Assembly: GCF_032444005.1 (NCBI RefSeq)
Contig: NC_091282.1
Span: forward strand, 1,021,760,001 to 1,021,824,000
DNA: 64,000 nt
Source: Ranitomeya imitator
Lineage: Eukaryota
Direction: 5' to 3'
The notes under the pieces were generated by a model. That model did no database searches, was not told the origin of the DNA, and worked only from the letters and a program-made list of their open reading frames with translations. Of the stretch, positions 60,101 to 64,000 are shown piece after piece. The position numbers and the translations under genes were made by a program. Position 1 is the stretch's first letter; each line of letters opens with the position of its first letter.

Positions 60101-62270
60101 CACCTCCTCCAGGCACAAGAAGCTCAGGCCAGAGTCTACAACCGGTCTGCAAGAGTGAGGCAGTTCGATCCGGGAGACCGAGTTCTTGTGTTAGTTCCGA
60201 CGGTGGAAAGCAAGTTCTTGGCCAAATGGCAAGGGCCATATGAGGTTGTCGAGAAACTTGGTGAAGTAAATTATGAAATTCACCAACCAGGAAGACGGAA
60301 ACCATTCCAAGTATACCATGTCAACCTCATCAAGCCGTGGCAAGATAGAGAGCCGACAGTAACTCCATCGTTGGTAAGCAACCCAGAAGGTGAGGTTGGA
60401 GCGGTTACTATAGCGGAGACGCTATCGAAGACCCAGAAACAGCAGTGCCGGGAGTTACTCCAGAAAAACAGGGACCTGTGTTCAGAGTTGCCAGGACACA
60501 CGAAGGTCATAGAGCACGAGGTCCTAACAGAGCCACATGTGCGGGTGATCGTGAAGCCCTATCCTATTCCTGAGGCTCATCGAGAAGTTATCTCCAAGGA
60601 GGTGGAGCGTATGTTGAAGCTTGGAGTCATTGAGGAATCCAAGAGCGGTTGGTGGAGCCCAATTGTCCTGGTCCCAAAACCTGATGGAGAGTGGAGGTTT
60701 TGCAACGACTATCGGAAGTTGAATGAGGTCTCCAAGTTTGACGCTTATCCCATGCCCCGCGTGATCAGCTCATTGTAAGGCTTGGGCACGCCAGATATAT
60801 ATCCACCTTGGATTTGACAAAGGGGTATTGGCAGATCCCCATGGCACAGGAAGCCAAGGAGAAGACGGCCTTTTCGACACCTGATGGATGCTTCCAGTAT
60901 GTCCAGATGCCGTTTGGCCTACAGGGAGCTCCGGCGACCTTCCAGAGGGCTATGGATAGAGTCCTTGCACCCCATAAGGCCTACGCTGCTGCGTACCTAG
61001 ATGATATCGTCATCTTTAGCCCGGACTGGGAGAGTCATCTGGAGAAAGTCCAAGTGGTGTTTGATGCTCTAAGAGAGGCGAGGTTTACAATAAACCCGAA
61101 GAAGTGTGCCTTGGGTAAGGAAGAAGCTAAATACCTAGGCTATATAGTGGGTCGTGGAGAAATAAAGCCCCAAATCAGGAAAGTGGAGGCAATCCAAACA
61201 TGACCGAAACCACTCTCCAAAAAGCAAGTTAAAGCCTTTCTGGGAATCGTGGGATATTACAGGAGGTTCATCCCGAACTTCGCCACAGTGGCTGCGCCTC
61301 TGACTGATCGGCTAAAGGGGACAAAATCCGTGATGGTTAAATGGTCCGAAGAGACAGAATCAGCCTTCCAAGAGCTGAAAGGGGCTCTATGTAAGCAGCC
61401 CGTTCTGATGGCCCCAGACTTCAAGAGAGAGCTTATTCTTCAGACAGATGCCTCAGATGTTGGGGTAGGAGCAGTCCTTTCCCAAGAGCTACATGGGGAG
61501 GAGCATCCTGTTCTCTATCTGAGTAGAAAGCTGTCCTCATCTGAGAAGAACTACTCAGTCGTGGAAAAAGAGTGTTTGGCCATAAAGTGGGCCGTGAACA
61601 CGTTACTATCTGCTGGGTCGTAAATTCAGGCTAATGTCTGACCATGCCCCACTTAGATGGATGAGGGAAACAAAGGGTAGAAATGCTAGGGTCACCCGTT
61701 GGTTCTTAGCCCTGCAGGACTTCAGTTTCCATGTGGAACATAGGGCCGGAAAGCTGCACGGTAATGCGGATGCCCTATCCAGAATCCCTTGTTTAGTGGG
61801 GGAAAGTGCCAAGCCCCACGGCTTTAGGCAGAGGGGGAGGTATGTAGCATAGCTAAAGGGTGTGAAGTCGACGGTAGGTATGTGCCACATAAGTGCCTTG
61901 TTGCTGTAATGTAGCCTGAAGTATTTCTTTGTTGTACATAACCATGTATATATATGTGTTTCAGGACCTGTGGTGATGTCAGACCACATGGCTAATCATG
62001 TGATGGGTTACTGGGTGTGGTTAGCTCTATATAAGACTGGCTAATGCTTAACACAGCAGATATGTGTGGAGGTGAAACCCTCCTGAGTGTGTGAAGGCTC
62101 CAGGACTGAGCCTGATGGACTGGACACTTTGTTTTCTTTTCCTGAGCTAAAGGCTATTTGTTTGCTGTTATTTTGCCATGTGGTTTATGAAGTAAAAAAC
62201 CCTGTGAACTTTTAAAGGAACGTGCCTCCTGAGTGTCAGCCGTCGCACCTGAGTGAGTGAAATCCCTACA
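57169..62270 (+). mobile_element. Gmr1-like Ty3/Gypsy LTR retrotransposon (PR-IN-RT-RH order)
   Basis: 428-bp LTRs TGTAGC...CCCTACA (57169-57596, 61843-62270), 4-bp TSD ATAT, PPT GAGGGGGAGG, and a degenerate PBS TGGTGGTAGACGTGCGGGCA resembling the complement of a tRNA-Ala 3' end. Confidence 0.95.
57701..61842 (+). pseudogene. Gag (SCAN-like domain, CCHC knuckle), protease, integrase, RT, RNase H; several stops and frameshifts
   Basis: KMTPGDDVEDFLMVFERVA, WLQPE, CWRCHGPGHIAARC, LDSGS, integrase HHCC + MDLVGP/TDQG/ERFN + GPY, RT YLDDIV, RNase H QTDAS. Confidence 0.92.
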
Positions 62271-63638
62271 ATATTTACACAAATGCTGTTTTTAGTGGCA
62301 AACTTTTTTAGCTGATTTTTTTGAGAAATTTCTGTAGTTTTTTTTTTCATTTGTTATTTTTTGCTCATTTTATTAATTTAATTTAAAATATTTACATCGT
62401 GCCACTACATGACTTGAATATTTTTCACTTTGATTTTTGTTTCATGCGCTGTAGTACTTCTGGACTGCAGTGTATGAGACCTCTCAGTTTTACACTGACA
62501 CAGCCTGTTGGACCCATATTATGGCTAGCCACCATACCTGAAGACCATTACCATTAGCCTCGGATTGTCATAGCAACTATCAGGACTATAGGGTTAAGAA
62601 AGGAGCCATTTCCTTCTTTTAGCTATCTAAATGCCTCTGTCATTATTGACAGTAGCATCTAGGGGTTAAACAGCTGTGATAGAGTCTAAAGCTAATTGTG
62701 CCTGATACAGCAGGGTGTCAGCTATAATATACACATGAAACTCAATGCATTTTCTCCTGTCGGCGGGAGCTATTTACTTAAACTATAGTAATTTAAAAAG
62801 ACAATGCTGGGGATTAAGGCCTTTAATGACTGCCATAAAAAATACATATCAGTGGTTGTTAAGACATTATTGGGAAACTCCTAAACTTGGCAACAATTTC
62901 CAATTAAACCACTACAACATTCTAGATTCTAGAAACAGAGTCTAGACATTTGGTATGCAAAGATAAAGAAAGGATTTATTGGTAAATGATTTAAATAGAC
63001 AGTGACATACCTGGTGTTGGAATCTATTTCTACTATTAATGGCATACAAGCTTGCTATTAATTAATTAATAGAAAGTAACAGAAAATTGATGATGATTAT
63101 GATGTAATACACTATGATGTAATACACTTCAGACTGATCCGCAGAGACCTTGACATTTGAAATAAAGCAAAACTTTAAAATCATGTAATGCTTAAAAAAA
63201 GGAAAGCTGGAGAATGTGAAAAAGGATAAAAATGTTATGTTCCATACAAACCTACTGTTTTGGAAATATAAATAGTGTTGAGCTCCCCCCCCCCCCCACC
63301 CTCCCCTTTACATTTTACATGAATGCCTGCTATGCGGCAGTGTTAACATAAAAGTGCCAAAAATATAAATATCAAGTACAGGTACTGCAAGACCAGAAAT
63401 ATTTAGAAATCTTAACTTCAATGGAAAAATGAATATGTCAATGCACGGTACTTGTTAATTCGGTGTTATGATTGCCTTCAGGTTTAATACAATACGGAAT
63501 AGGCTCCCTTTCAAAGTTATAATAACGATACTTCAGTAATGCTTGGGTGAAGCAAAGGAACAGTTAATGAATAAATAACATAAAAAAAGAAACAGGAGAA
63601 AAGAAAATAGAAAATAAATAATTGCAATATATATTGAA

Positions 63639-63905
63639 CAATTTAAACAGTGTGAAATACCCTCGCTACAAGTGTCCAAGGCCAAACCTAGAACAAATCC
63701 GTAGTTAATTTAAAAAATAAAGACCCTCACTTTATATAGGGTAAGCAAGAAGCGGGCTTGCAAAACTAACATTGTATACTTGCTGTGTTTGCAACCTTCG
63801 TGGACGGGAAGGTCTGTTATGGTCTTATATTTTAAATAAACTACGGATTTGTTCTAGGTTTGGTCTTGGACTCTTGTAGCGCAGTATTTCACACTGTTTA
63901 AATTG
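63639..63905. repeat. Imperfect ~85-bp inverted repeat (MITE-like)
   Basis: 63639-63725 is the reverse complement of 63821-63905 (CAATTTAAACAGTGTGAAATAC...CAAACCTAGAACAAATCCGTAG). Confidence 0.75.
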
Positions 63906-64000
63906 CTCTTTATTCTATTGACAGATTGGGCACAGTATCTGTCTGATATACCGGCAGCACTTGTATGACCTTTACTTTTAGTTATAGCGCCAGTGTATTT

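Noticed and set aside
62946-62981. Possible short exon (IWYAKIKKGFI) between AG and GTAAAT
   Set aside because: The acceptor is weak, there are no neighbouring compatible exons, and the peptide is not recognisable.

Overview
This 64-kb window is AT-rich vertebrate DNA. The transposon families present suggest an anuran (frog) genome, but that is inference. It is almost entirely nested transposable elements, and I could not identify a host gene. From left to right: (1) the 3' end of a large hAT transposon (1-1682); (2) two diverged copies of a segmental duplication (about 1683-14820 and 16119-21313) that act as filled/empty-site controls for several insertions; (3) a very young chromodomain Ty3/Gypsy element (8117-14252; 983-bp LTRs, TSD GGTTG, one 1380-aa gag-pol ORF) plus five related solo LTRs; (4) a long, fragmented Penelope-like (RT + GIY-YIG) element with hammerhead motifs, a duplicated 271-bp hairpin and an inverted 5' end (about 18.2-28.7 kb); (5) a near-intact Tc1 (28784-30389); (6) a full-length L1 (about 33307-38891) broken only at a C10 run; (7) several Tc1 relics; (8) a complete 9.46-kb hAT element (46998-56459, TSD CTTATGAC) carrying a nested hAT and internal satellites; (9) a Gmr1-type Gypsy with a SCAN-like Gag and integrase upstream of RT (57169-62270). 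The most interesting observation is the young Gypsy. Its primer-binding site is complementary to its own predicted 5' end (Tf1-type self-priming). Its gag and pol are fused in frame, and 3 of the 4 zinc-knuckle ligands are replaced, although its LTRs are essentially identical. Coordinates were counted by hand; no alignments or database searches were run.
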